From: Botryllus schlosseri
Lineage: Eukaryota
DNA length: 64,000 nucleotides
Reading direction: 5' to 3'
NCBI GenBank assembly: GCA_051294905.1
Contig: CM119372.1
Coordinates: forward strand, 35,714,001-35,778,000
Positions 48,638 to 60,618 of the stretch are shown one piece after another (position 1 is the first letter of the stretch; each line of letters starts with the position of its first letter). The position numbers and the translations under genes were made by a program. Under the pieces are notes generated by a model. It searched no databases. It had not been told where the DNA came from and was given only the letters and a program-made list of their open reading frames with translations.

Positions 48638-51514
48638 CAGTGGTTCTCAAGCTTTTTCACTGTGGGAGCCATTTTATGAACCTCAACTCTGTCGGGAGCC
48701 GCATGATGGCACGAATAACGTAATTTATTGAGAATAGAAAAATATCATCAAAAATGGTATCAACGAAATGGTGTACGGCTAAAATAGCGACGGCCTTAAT
48801 AGCGACGGCCAAAACACCGACTGGCCACAACAGCGACGGCCATAACAGCGACGGCCAAAACCGCGATTGGCTCAAACAGCGACGGCCAAAACAAATACGA
48901 CAATTTCCCCAGACGACACTGTGACAGCGGGCACTCCCCATACGGACAACTTCCGAAACGACGTTACCCAGCCACGTCCCTTCACCGATGGTATACCGAG
49001 GTATACCCTTCACCGTTGAAGCCGATTGCGGATGATTTACAATTTACATTCTTCCAGATAGTAAATAGATAGTGATCACCACAGATTTAGCGTCACAACA
49101 TGTTTATTGAGACTTAATCCACAATCTTTCTGAGTTCCGAGAGCATGTGAATTGAGTTTGGATGAACAAGGCGTGACGCTAAATCTGTGGTGATCACTAT
49201 CTATTTTGCAACTTAGTGCGAAACTTGAAATTGAATTTGATTTTTCACAAGTTTGTCATAACGAGGTTTCATCGTGGAGGAAGCTGTGCACAAGAGCTGT
49301 TTCAGATGACGATCAGTCAATCGGTTGCGATATTTGCTTTTGATCCTCACTAATTTGCTGAAAAGGGCTTCACATACATAGGTTGAACCGAACATGCAGG
49401 CATTCTTCGATGCGTTAGCTATCAGGTTGGGGTATTTTTCTTCAGGAACAGCACCCCAAAATTCAAGGAGTCCATTGCTTTGAAACAACAGTCGCAATTC
49501 TATATCGGACTGCAAGTCCAGCAGTTCCATCTGAAAAATATCAGGGGCAGTGGCGGCATCTACTGCCATTGGGTTTGAAAATATATTCATCAGGGGTACG
49601 GAATGATGCATTCCCTCTATTCGACGTTTAAACCCGTCAATCAAGGTACTAATAACCTGGTCATATGTTTTGAATGATCCATTCTGTCGGTGGTTTGAAA
49701 GCGTTACAAAATGTGTCGTAACACCCTCCTCTAGGTGCTTTCTCCAAAGACACAATTTCTCAATGAAACCAGACACTGTCCCGTACCAGGCGTGACAGAG
49801 CTTGTTATTTCCTTGTAAGTTCCGATTTAGTGACGACAGGTGTGAGGTAATATCCACCATGAACGCCAAGTCAGCAACCCAGTGTTCGTTTCCCAACTGA
49901 GGGATGTCTTTCTTTCCTTCGACAAATATTTTAATCTCAGGAAGTAGCGCGTAAAATCTTTTGAGGCATGCAGCTCGGCTTAGCCATCGTACAGCGGTGA
50001 ACATGATCAAGTCTCCATGGTCAGCATCAATATCGGTGAGAAAAGCCTTGAATTTTCGATGGTTAAGTGCGTTTGCTCGAATCCAATTTACGGTCGATAT
50101 TACTATATCTGTCACATTGGACATCTTTAATGATTTAGCAACAAGACTTTCCTGGTGTATAATGCAGTGTTGCCAAGTCACAGCGTCAAGATTCTGTTCA
50201 GCACGCCATTTGTTGACGAGTCCTTGAAGACCTAGATTTTTGCCGAGCATTGCTGGGCAGCCATCTGTCGCCAATGAATATAATTTCGATGGGTCTAAAT
50301 GCGCTTCTTGAAGAGTAGCATGAAATTCACGAAACATGTCGGTTCCCTTCGTTGTGCCATGAATAGATCGCAAAGTAAGAAACTCCTCGCAAATCTTGAA
50401 ATCTGGCATGACTCCCCGGATGAATACAGCTAATTGCTCTATGTCGGTAATGTCGTTAGTGCTGTCAAGAGCAAGCGAGTAGTAAGAAAAATCTTGCGAC
50501 TTGTGAATAAGTTGCTCATGCAGATCTTGGGATATGCAATCGACACGACGCGTTACTGTATCATTGCTAAGCTGCAATTTTTTAGCTTTCTGCTGAATGG
50601 CAGGAGAACAATTGTCTTCGGTAAACAAAACAATAGCCTGCTTCGTAATTTCGCCATCAGAATATGGCTTCATATTGCTGGCCAATAGATGACTGATCTT
50701 ATATGATGTTATTGTTACCTCTTCGGGTTCTTTTTTTTTTAAAAACATTTTTCCTTGTTTGCTACGCTCTGCTTTCAGACATTCTAACTTCCGTTTCCTT
50801 GATTCACCTTGATAGACGTCGTATTTTCCCGCATGTGTTTTATAATGCCTCTTAACGTTGAAAGATTTTACACCGTTTATTATTATAGGGCACAGAAGGC
50901 ATTTCGCTTTGCCGTTTTCCTCAATTTGAAAATACGCCTCTTCCCATTCACTTTGAAAGGCCCGATTTTCTTGCACAAGGGTGCGAGATTTCTTTGCAGG
51001 TTGATCTGAACCTGACATTATCATTGAACCAAAGTCTCCGATATTTTCTAACGCTATCAAGATCAAAGCAAAGAGTAAGAAAATAAAGTACCTGCAGTTA
51101 CCCCAAACGTTGATTGTCTTATTGACCGAGTCTCTTGTCACCCGTATTCTAATATGAGCCGCCGTCTCGAGCGAAATAAACTTCGCCCGTCTCATTACAG
51201 ACACCTGATTAGGCTTAGGTCAGACGGTCAGAGCCTTCAGTAAAGCAGTAAAGGTTCGGATTTAAAGCCTACCGAAATTACTATCGGTAATGTTACGTCA
51301 CAACCCGTACAACTTGTATTACGTAGGATTCTATTGTGATCAGGGAATGACCTTCGCGTCAGTAAACGTGAACATAAACGTACATTTGTTGTGTTGAAGG
51401 CGCGATTTATTTATGATCATGAATAATTAGAATTTCCGTAGAAGCATCAATGATTTCACATCGTTAGTGAGAGCCGCACGGAGAGCAGTCGAGAGCCGCG
51501 GTTGAGAATCACTG
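48638..51514 (-). mobile_element. Potentially autonomous hAT transposon (Buster/Charlie/SPIN group)
   Basis: TIRs CAGTGGTTCTCAA/TTGAGAATCACTG; perfect TSD GTGTAGAA (48630-48637, 51515-51522); encodes a transposase. Confidence 0.93.
49213..51204 (-). CDS. hAT transposase, GTF2IRD2/Buster-like (true start probably near 51020, MSGSDQ)
   Basis: N-terminal CLLC..KRHY..H finger; SLALDS, ATDG, CIIH, RWLS, STYVCEALFS motifs; no stops. Confidence 0.93.
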   Translation of the reverse strand: MSVMRRAKFISLETAAHIRIRVTRDSVNKTINVWGNCRYFIFLLFALILIALENIGDFGSMIMSGSDQPAKKSRTLVQENRAFQSEWEEAYFQIEENGKAKCLLCPIIINGVKSFNVKRHYKTHAGKYDVYQGESRKRKLECLKAERSKQGKMFLKKKEPEEVTITSYKISHLLASNMKPYSDGEITKQAIVLFTEDNCSPAIQQKAKKLQLSNDTVTRRVDCISQDLHEQLIHKSQDFSYYSLALDSTNDITDIEQLAVFIRGVMPDFKICEEFLTLRSIHGTTKGTDMFREFHATLQEAHLDPSKLYSLATDGCPAMLGKNLGLQGLVNKWRAEQNLDAVTWQHCIIHQESLVAKSLKMSNVTDIVISTVNWIRANALNHRKFKAFLTDIDADHGDLIMFTAVRWLSRAACLKRFYALLPEIKIFVEGKKDIPQLGNEHWVADLAFMVDITSHLSSLNRNLQGNNKLCHAWYGTVSGFIEKLCLWRKHLEEGVTTHFVTLSNHRQNGSFKTYDQVISTLIDGFKRRIEGMHHSVPLMNIFSNPMAVDAATAPDIFQMELLDLQSDIELRLLFQSNGLLEFWGAVPEEKYPNLIANASKNACMFGSTYVCEALFSKLVRIKSKYRNRLTDRHLKQLLCTASSTMKPRYDKLVKNQIQFQVSH

Positions 51515-51543
51515 GTGTAGAATCTCAGCAGGCGTTTTCCAGT

Positions 51544-52113
51544 CTATGCCCGGGTGCGGTGCATATCGGTACGTAGCGAGAAGTGTTTGGAGCGCGAAGT
51601 TGAGATCTTTCCCCTGTCGAAATTTTTTATTAATCCAGCTTTTAAAGTCTGGACGAAACGCTCCGCTTCCCCGTTCGAGGCAGGGTGAAAAAATGGTGAT
51701 ACGATATGGCTGATTGCCGAATTAGAACAAACCGTATCGAATTCATTCGATGTGAATTGCGGCCCGCCATCCGTGACAATTGTTATGGGCAAGCCTTCGA
51801 TAGAGAAGAATTCCCTCAAAGCGTTGACCACACACAAGGTTGTGGTAGAACCGACATTCATTACTTTAACGAAAGGATATTTCGAATGCGCATCGACGAT
51901 GGCAAGGAACATTTTATTGTTTATTGGACCTGCGAAATCCAAGTGAATTCGTTCAAAGCTTTCAGACGTTTTTGGCCATTCGCGATGCTGACGATCAGGC
52001 GCTTTCATTACCTTACGGCGAGCGTCGCAACTCATAACGAGATTTTCAATGTGGCGATGGAAGGCCATGCGATGTAACGTCGAGCCATCTGCTTCATTTT
52101 CGCGATACCCCAA
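51544..52113 (-). pseudogene. Gypsy integrase core fragment
   Basis: RIHLDFAGP, VDAHSKY, IVTDGGPQF, HPASNGEAERFVQTLK; frameshifted. Confidence 0.9.
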
Positions 52114-52969
52114 TGACCTTCGCGCAACAATGATAAGACTCGCCAGCGAAGTGACTGAGGAATACTACGCGCTGAAAACCATCAATATTGAGCATGACTA
52201 TGTCTTCGTGCAGAGAAAGCGAATGTTTGCGAGTCGAAAACCAAGAAGAATCATCAATGTGCGTGTTTGGACTACAATTACCATGAGTGACAGATAATTT
52301 TGCTAGTTTCATGGTTTTGTCCGTCAGCGTCGCGTCGCGAAATTCATTGCGAGTTAACGGTAAGACATCTAATGCCATGTTAATAGCGTGAACGATCTCG
52401 GCGTTTTCACGAATTTCCAGTTCGTCAAACTCAGGGTCTGGACCCTTTGGTAGGCGAAATAAACCGTCAACGTTTCCGTGCTGATTGGTCGGTTTATAGC
52501 GAATATCGTATTGGTAAGCCATAAGCGTCAGTGCCCATCGCTGTAAGCGTTGCGCAGTAATCACGGGAATTTTCTTGACCGGCGAGAAAATAACTAAAAG
52601 CGGTTTGTGGTCCGTTACGACCGCAAATTTTCTACCATACAAGAATTGACGAAATTTAGTGACTCCGTATATGATTGACAGAGCTTCCTTCTCGATTTGA
52701 GAGTAGGATTTTTGCGAATCGAAAAGCGTTTTCGATGCGTGCGCGATCGGTCTCTCTTCGCCATTGTGCTCGATTGAGAGGACAGCGCCGATTCTGAATT
52801 GAGAAGCGTCCGTTGACAAAATGAGATGCTTGTTTACATCATAATAAGCTAACTGCGTAGCGTCGATTACGTCGTTTTTGAGAATGCAAAAATCTGCGTC
52901 ACAGTTCGTATTCCAAATGAATTTAGCGTCTTTTTGAAGAAGGCGATATAACGAAGCGGCTTTTGGACG
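52094..52969 (-). pseudogene. Gypsy RT connection / RNase H fragment
   Basis: STDASQFRIGAVL, YSQIEKEAL, VTDHKPL, RLQRWAL. Confidence 0.9.
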
Positions 52970-52988
52970 TAAATGCACTAACATAACA

Positions 52989-53780
52989 TCATTATCTTCG
53001 AAGTGTACTCAATGCTGTAACTTATCAGGAATGTGATGACAATCGTTTTAAGTTGTAGCAGAGCCTGCTCTTCTCTCTGCTTTGCAGCGGGACTTTGACT
53101 CACGGTAGTTGCCGACCTTCTCTTCACTAGGAAACGAATTGCTGCACTACCCAGGCCGATGATCGTGACAGTGGACACGAAAATACCCAATGACAATGAC
53201 ATCGACGTGAGCATCTGCCACCAAATCGTAAGTTTAAGATCTAATGCGCATATCAATCCGATTTCTCGCGGTATAACAATCGACGGAAACCACATCGGAA
53301 TGGCTAACAACGTAAACGACAATACCCATGAGCTCGCGACCAGGGCGCGGCACGTTTTGACACTCACTTACCACTGTGTGCTGAAAGCATGAACGATGCC
53401 TAGATACCGGATGAGGGACAACAGCATCACGTGATGCACCGTCAGCATCGTCGTTGCAATGTCCGCCGTGCCTGCCAGACCGCATGTGAAAGCGGGCATT
53501 TCGTACTGCGTCCAGTTAAGAACGAGTAGACCACAAAAGGACTTATGCAGGACGATATCAAGTCAGACAATGTCAGTCCAAGTTTTGTGGTAACGAAGAC
53601 TGTCTGCTTCAATCTTAGCAAGATGACTAACATCACGGTGTAGGTGATACCTCCGACGACGCCCAAAATTCCAAATGTGATTACCACTGTCATTTCCCCG
53701 ATTACGCCATGCTCAGGCTTAATGCAGATGATATCTGAAATATTCAACTGTGTCAACTCCTCTGCAGTTCCAGCAGACAT
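52989..53780 (-). pseudogene. GPCR copy 2, N-terminal part (TM1-TM6), frameshifted
   Basis: High similarity to 39570-40384; frameshift near 53515; premature stop near 53368. Confidence 0.85.
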
Positions 53781-55122
53781 CTTGTGCGTATGTCCCAATA
53801 AATATGCAAATACAACTTGGAAAACCTTTCTTTCAACTTCATGCGCATGCCTTGGCAGCAGTCCCGCACCTACCCTACTAGCAACTGGTACCAAATGTAT
53901 TGCTGCAATTTATCAATTCGGTTTATGAGGTGATTGCATGTTCGGGAGATGAGCTCGGTCTCAAAAATCCGTCTTTGGGGTAATAGCCTATATAAACTGA
54001 TTTCTGGACGCTGTATCGCAACAAAGGCAATCGTGTACCGATTGTGGTTATTATCTGTAGCAGAGATGCCTAGTTAGTACTTTACTACGCAGAAATGTAT
54101 TTCCGCACGGTACCAGGTACTGTCCCTCGCCTGTGTAATTTTGCGTTCTGTTTTTCCAGTCGCCAGGGTGTTCCGCTATTGATATATTAATTCCCGAGTG
54201 GAGTGCACAATATGGTGCATTAACGAATAATAGCAATTCATTTTTAGTCTCCCTTCATTCAGGACTTACTCAAGCAGATATGATTTTCACTACTTCCACT
54301 TCTACTTCGTAATATTTTGTGATCTACTTACTCACTTTTCGCTATTTTCAATTTGTCAAGTAGAAGTAGTTTAATCCTCCAATCAGAAAGATAGCCTGAG
54401 GAATTTCGGGTCGTTTCACGGAGTATCAACATTTTTTTCATAAAAGTTGTGTATAGAGCCCAGAATTTTCGTCGCGCTTCGTGCACAGTGGATACAGCGT
54501 AACCAGTATGATTTCATGAAAGCATTTGTGAATATAAATTAGGTAGCGGGTGGGCGTGATTCCGTTCACACCGCATTGTCGCCCTTCGCCCATATGAAAT
54601 ATTTCATATATATGGCTGTACATTGTACATTCTGAAAACAGACGGTATTTTTAATTCTCATACATCATTCGTGTTTAATCTCATGTACAACTACAAATGC
54701 CAATACAGAAAGCATCCGACTGCCTTATACTCATGTTGGCGAATACAATCATCAAAATCGAGTTACTTGATCACCTCTTGTCGTTACACTAACACTGTTG
54801 CCCTACCTCGCCCAGACATTGCTTCATTGATCATTTGCTACCATTGTTTAATTTTTTTTCTATTTTCCTTTCGTAACTAAACATTTTTTTACAGCCAGAC
54901 TGTTCTGAGTCAAGTGTACCTGTTTGATGCTGGTGTGATCAGACTAGATGACCTTCACGGTCTTATCGATCATTCCTATATCTAATACCGAATACTGTGC
55001 ACGCATATTTTCTGTACCACCATCACTGCCGTTTGTTATGTATTTTGGTTCGATGAAAATAAAGACTCTCTCTCTCTCTCTCTCTTACCATGTCGGCAAC
55101 ATGCACAGGTCACGTTCTAAAG

Positions 55123-56127
55123 CAGGGGTGGGCAAACTTTTGAGCTTGCGGGCCGCATTTAACATCTGAATCCATTCGAGGACCGCACTATATAAAACTG
55201 GGATTATATACCAAAACGCAATATTGGTATTTTATTATAAAGTGATGACATACAGATAATAAATATGCTTACATAAAACAATTGTCACGATTCTTAGAAC
55301 AGGATTGAAATTCAAATCTGTGAGGAGCGATCTCTTCATAGGTTTACTAATTCCACTTTGGTTCAGTTCCAGGACACACAATGCTGACAACAGCATAAGT
55401 TCATAACCATGTTATCTTCAAACACGCTTCTACCATATGCGTAGATAAAACAATAATACCCTAATTCTACGCACACAGAAAACGAATCTACCTAAGACAC
55501 GCGCGAAACGTGTTTATAATCATATCACTGAAATAATTAAAACTGGAGTGGCCAATCTGAAATCACACTCGTGATCCAGATTATATGTCTATCTCGTTTA
55601 GGATTTCGGTGATGTTTAGCAGTTGAACTTTTTAAACTGCGTGGGCGTACATTAAACATAAAAAATACCGTAGGCAGTATTTACCTTAGAAAAGTGGCTC
55701 TGTAACTATTTAAGACACTCCCCACCCCCTTTTGATGGTAAATCATTTCGCGCCACCCTTATCGTCATATCATAAAACGAAACTAGGATACTAGCAAACC
55801 ATACGGATAGTTTGATGGCATGGAAGGTTACGGTGTGTATGAGCGAATTTCAAATATGAAGTTAATACTAAATACAGAGCAATGATTATTAAGTGGATAG
55901 GAATCGCGCGGAGCGCGAAAAATAATTCCAGTAGGGCTCAGTATCGCACCTTCCTTCAGATGCTTTCACGCCCCCAAGGGGGGTGCGCCCCCCAGTTTGC
56001 GAACCCCTGCCCCAGAATTATCATGGTGTAATATACTAAGAAAAAGGTTTCTTTAGACTCTTGCGGGCCGCACAGAACGGTGCTGCAGGCCGCATGCGGC
56101 TCGCGGGCCGTAGCTTGCCCACCCCTG
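55123..56127. mobile_element. Composite hAT MITE, inverted homologue of 5510-6649
   Basis: TIRs CAGGGGTGGGCAA/TTGCCCACCCCTG; perfect TSD TTCTAAAG. Confidence 0.92.
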
Positions 56128-56643
56128 TTCTAAAGCGCCTGGCGTTTTAATCTAATTCCTCTGATCATAGCACATTGCCTGGTTGTAACATTTGGATGAA
56201 TTCAGTTACGCGTAGGCTAGTCTGTTTTGAATGAAGCTGATATCTTCGAGCGGTCTGGATAGATTATATCCAATTCGTTACGGGTGAATAATGACTTACC
56301 GCAAATCGTGGTAAGCGCATCACAGACAAATTTGGGTACCGCTATTGATGACTGTCCCAATCGATGCTTGGTGCTAGGATACCCATCACCGACATAATCT
56401 CTGGTGCGACGAAGGGTAATTATATAAGATTTAGCTCGTTAAGACAGTCTACACACCAATGGCGTGAAGAAACAATATGAACAGTATGCGAATGCGTTCA
56501 GAATAAACATAAGCGAATTAAGATGAGCTGATTCCTCTCTCCGAGAGAGAACAAAGTGAAAATTTTAAAGGGGTTAAAGTCGAACTTGGAAAGAGTGTAG
56601 AATAGAAAGCGATTCTACCCCCTGTTCACGTCCGTATCACGCC

Positions 56644-56839
56644 CAATGTTCCATCTAATTTTTGACGAGTCTGCGCACACTCACCAACTCACTGCGCAGA
56701 CCCTTGGAGAACAGTGCGTAGCGACAAAAAAAGGTCACCACTACGGATTTTTTGTGCGCAACTTATATTTTCTGTGCGCAGAGACCGTGTGAGCACTGCG
56801 CATTTGCGCACGGGAATGAAATGTTTGGAGGGAACATTG
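56644..56839. mobile_element. Short hAT-like MITE
   Basis: CAATGTTCC/GGAACATTG; TSD ATCACGCC/GTCACGCC; TGCGCA motifs. Confidence 0.75.
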
Positions 56840-57281
56840 GTCACGCCCCCTCCAAACATTTCATTCCCGTTGAACTGGAATTATGACGCGCTTGAAGATA
56901 CGCTAAACTTGTGGTGTCGTGAAATTGTGGTGGTAGAGATATCGGTGTCAACAGTGATGACACAGACGCGGTATTCTAGTAACATTACTAACAATGAGAC
57001 GGGCGAAAGAAGTGATGTTCTACCAACTACCGCCACTGGTATTTGAGGATCCTAACTGTTATTAATAACTATCTGTTATTCTTTCACTTCTCTGCTCTTT
57101 ATGTTGCTATGCACTTTATGATCTTATCTGATCTGATCTTATCTTATCTGATCTTCGAATCAAACAACGAAATTTGTTGCACGCCCATGTTATGTACAAA
57201 TAAAAAATGTCCAGACTATACTCATGCAGTGATTCTAGTTGGTTTGGCGTGTTCGCAAACTTAATGGTTCATCGGTTTGTA

Positions 57282-58352
57282 TTACTGCTTGTGGTATCGT
57301 TCCCACTGGCATCTGTTTCCTACACTGACGCACCGGTTTGCTTTGCTCCCATACCTTTGGTGGTACCAACAGAGTTCATAATCATCCGCCTTCGCTTTAT
57401 TCGGTTTGGACTTTGGATGTTCGTTTTTGAACGGGTTTGACACGAGTTTGGCGAGCATTTCTATGGCCTTTACAATCGTGTCGGTATCAATTTCGAGATC
57501 CGATTGTATTGGATGTGACATTTGGTATTTTATCAGTTTTGTCACCCCATCTATGAGGGCACTGAATCTGGTATTTTTGTCATCAACTTTCTTCCTTCTT
57601 CTCTTCGCAGAATTTCTAGGTGTGGCATCCCTGCGAATGATATTATCCGACGACCGCAATGACGACAATGTTTTGTTCAATTCGTGCGCCATCTTGACTA
57701 GATCAGTTAAGGATTTACCGCAATCTTCCCTGATGAGGTAGCTCTTTACCGGTTCGCCAAGTAGACTCATAAAAGCATACTTCCATTTTGTTGCGCGTAA
57801 CGGTTGCAGCGGTGCAGGCCCGTATAGCTTTATGACTATGTCATGTGCCTGATCCGGCGTTAAGTTGGCTACGCTTCCGAATTCGGTTAACGTGAAAGAT
57901 TCGTTGTCAAGATCATCGATAGGCCTCCGGTATATATTCAGTACGCCGCGCTTCAAGTTGTCATAGCAGCTCGGATCTTCTCTCCCTATGCGGCCACCAC
58001 TGGCGAGATAGATTACAGATGCTGGAACTGAGATTATCAGAAACAAGAATCGAGTATACTGCTTGGTGATTCCGTGAAAGCGAAATTGCAATTCCACCTT
58101 TTCGAAATACGATGTGACATCATTTTCGTCGAATAGTATTGCTCGAAGTTTTGTGAGAATGTACATCAGTTCTCCGTTGCGAAGACCCTCGGTAACCACG
58201 TCCTGTATTGACGGGTAATTCGATGAAAGATACGAGGCCGGAGGCAGCGCTTGAAGTCCGGGGTCTCGAGAGGATGACTCTGGAGTCCGTTCGCGTGCTG
58301 GCATTCTCAATTCGGTAGCTCTGTTGTCGGTCGGTGAACCGTTGTTATCCAT
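57282..58352 (-). CDS. Stand-alone Gypsy-type Gag-like protein, 356 aa
   Basis: FDENDVTSYFEKVELQFRFHGITKQYTRF resembles the N-terminal capsid motif of invertebrate Gypsy Gags; C-terminal CWYHQRYGSKANRC..C finger; intact ORF. Confidence 0.75.
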   Translation of the reverse strand: MDNNGSPTDNRATELRMPARERTPESSSRDPGLQALPPASYLSSNYPSIQDVVTEGLRNGELMYILTKLRAILFDENDVTSYFEKVELQFRFHGITKQYTRFLFLIISVPASVIYLASGGRIGREDPSCYDNLKRGVLNIYRRPIDDLDNESFTLTEFGSVANLTPDQAHDIVIKLYGPAPLQPLRATKWKYAFMSLLGEPVKSYLIREDCGKSLTDLVKMAHELNKTLSSLRSSDNIIRRDATPRNSAKRRRKKVDDKNTRFSALIDGVTKLIKYQMSHPIQSDLEIDTDTIVKAIEMLAKLVSNPFKNEHPKSKPNKAKADDYELCWYHQRYGSKANRCVSVGNRCQWERYHKQ

Positions 58353-59872
58353 TCCAGGCTAAATGCGTGCAACAGCGAGGCAATTGCGACGAACGCTTAT
58401 GATAGAATGATGATGACCGTCGAACACGTCCAGTGGCGTCTATACTCCAGATATAGCTGATCCCAAACGGTATTTCGTCGATCGTAATGGACAGCACTTT
58501 AATTAAGGATTCGCAATTTTGTAATTCTGTAATGAATCAGAAATAATTCAAAATTATCTCAATTGGTAGAGGTAATACGTCCGTCGGTAAAAGGGTTGTC
58601 GAAGGGAGCTGAGCGGCGTTTAATTTATAACAACCTATAATCGCAGCGCAGTGATCAAAGTTGTCGCGCCGTACAGTATTAGATGAAAAACTGGAAACGA
58701 TTATCAGCTATCAGGTAATACTCCAAACCAAACTAAAGAAAAAGCCCCATTCGTTAAGCTTACATTTCTTTTGTCCATTTATACCTTCCTGAATGTTTTT
58801 ATCAGGTAAAGCGCCAAAAGATTGCGATAAAATGATGATATACGATTGAATCGAAATAACTTGATGAGGTCTATCTATCATGCACTCGTATGCGGCTGCC
58901 GAGCTGACCGAAACTGTGTTACTTTTTGGGCCTAATGCGTGGTCTCAGTTATGTAGCTCTAAGATCAGTCTTACTTCCCGCCTCAACTATTTATTCCAAA
59001 CTGATTTTAGATGGTTCCTTGTTCCTTCCTTGTTTGGAATGTTTCTTGCAATAAAGCACGTGCTACGATCATGCATGGTTGCGTAATTCAATCTCTAGAA
59101 AGAGAGGAACGAGGCGATATCTGAGAGAATATTGAAATGCCTGATTAGGCATAGAAACGAAAACTTTGCGGCGGGACATGTGGGCTATGCTTTATCACAG
59201 GACGGCGATTCAATCAGAATGCCAGATATGTTAGCTCAGTGGTTCTCCGACTTGTTGAACTGTATGCCCTTTCTAATTGATTACATACACGCCGTACGCC
59301 TCAAAAATAATGTTGAATAAAGTTCACGCGATTGAAAGACAAAACAAAACAAATAATTGAAAAGTATTCAAATGAATCCGAATATTTTTAAATGTATATT
59401 GAAGGTCTGTACTTTGAGGTCGCTTTATAACAGACTATGTGTTAAAAGTTTAAATATCATTTCAACGTACCGGATAAGCTTTCTTCGCTACTCTATACGT
59501 GCAAGTCTGTTCTTGATAGTGTTTTGAAAAGGCACGCATGTTCAATTATGTTCAACGGAAAGTCTGGTGCGAAATCTGTTCTTTATCGTGCACATGCACA
59601 TACAATAAAACCTTTGATCACAAGCCGCAACTGTTCCTGTTGGGGAAAAGCAACAGACACATGTTACGGATACGCCTCGGGGGAGACTGGGGGAAGTTGT
59701 AACTATTTTCACGTGTTTTGCAGTAAATCAGATTTACATAAAAATTCAAGATTCACAGATAATCAAACTAGCAACCTAATACTTGATATAATATAGGTGT
59801 AGGTATGATATGTGACGTAGGCCGTTCCTCGCCATCTCATCCGTGTAAGCAGTGTCTTATAAAAGCCTAGAA

Positions 59873-60618
59873 ATGGGTCTTGCCAAAGTTCAAAATTTGG
59901 TCTGGTATAACCAGACCAGAGTCTTCAAATGAAAAACGAACTGGTACAATGGTTTCACTAACATCTGGGTGGAAGAAGTCGTAAAAAAAACATGCCCTAC
60001 CATATAAAAGTTGATGGGTATGGATGCCTTATCAGAACAACTGAAGACGCTTATCAGAAGCGATGTTACAACTGCAATCTGACGGGACATATTGTAAAGG
60101 AATGCCCGAATGAAAAATTGGAATGCACGATGTAGACACGACTGGGTCACCGTGCAGACGAATCCAGGTCCAAACTTCGACGAGACAAACCCGGGCATAT
60201 GACCAAGCCTGAAAATGCGGAAATAGACAACAAAGAAACAGTAGATACGGTTGTCCCGAAAACAACCCGGAATGACGACATGCAGAGTACTGAAACAAGG
60301 CAGACGAGCCAGGCAATTATCAAAACATACTCCTCAACTGACGCCGCATTAAAAATGCAGACCAAACACAGGAAGAAACCGAACCAGCGCAAGTCGTGTT
60401 GGAACACTACAATACTAACAAACATACAGATGGCCCCAAAGCCAGCCATCAAAAAGTCTTCGGATACGAAACTCCAGAAACCTCATAAACAGACAAGCAA
60501 CGATGGAGTGACTACCAGAGGAACAGCAAGCAGCCAAGCGAAAAACAATTCTCCTAACAGAATCGATGACGAATCTATTGAAACTAACGTCGATTACCTT
60601 GAGTGGATTTTCAAATAG
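59873..60618 (+). pseudogene. Degraded Tx1/L1-like ORF1 with zinc knuckles
   Basis: Manual translation of about 59992-60135 gives MPYHIKVDGYGCLIRTTEDAYQKRCYNCNLTGHIVKECP, then a broken second knuckle and a low-complexity tail; stops and frameshifts present. Confidence 0.65.

Larger units (their letters stand above)
46741..52988 (-). mobile_element. Internally deleted Ty3/Gypsy LTR retrotransposon inserted in GPCR copy 2
   Basis: Termini TGTTATGTT/AACATAACA; TSD GCATT/TCATT; full 3' LTR 46741-46996 next to minus-strand PPT GGGGAGGAC; only about 19 bp of the 5' LTR remains (52970-52988). Confidence 0.9.
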
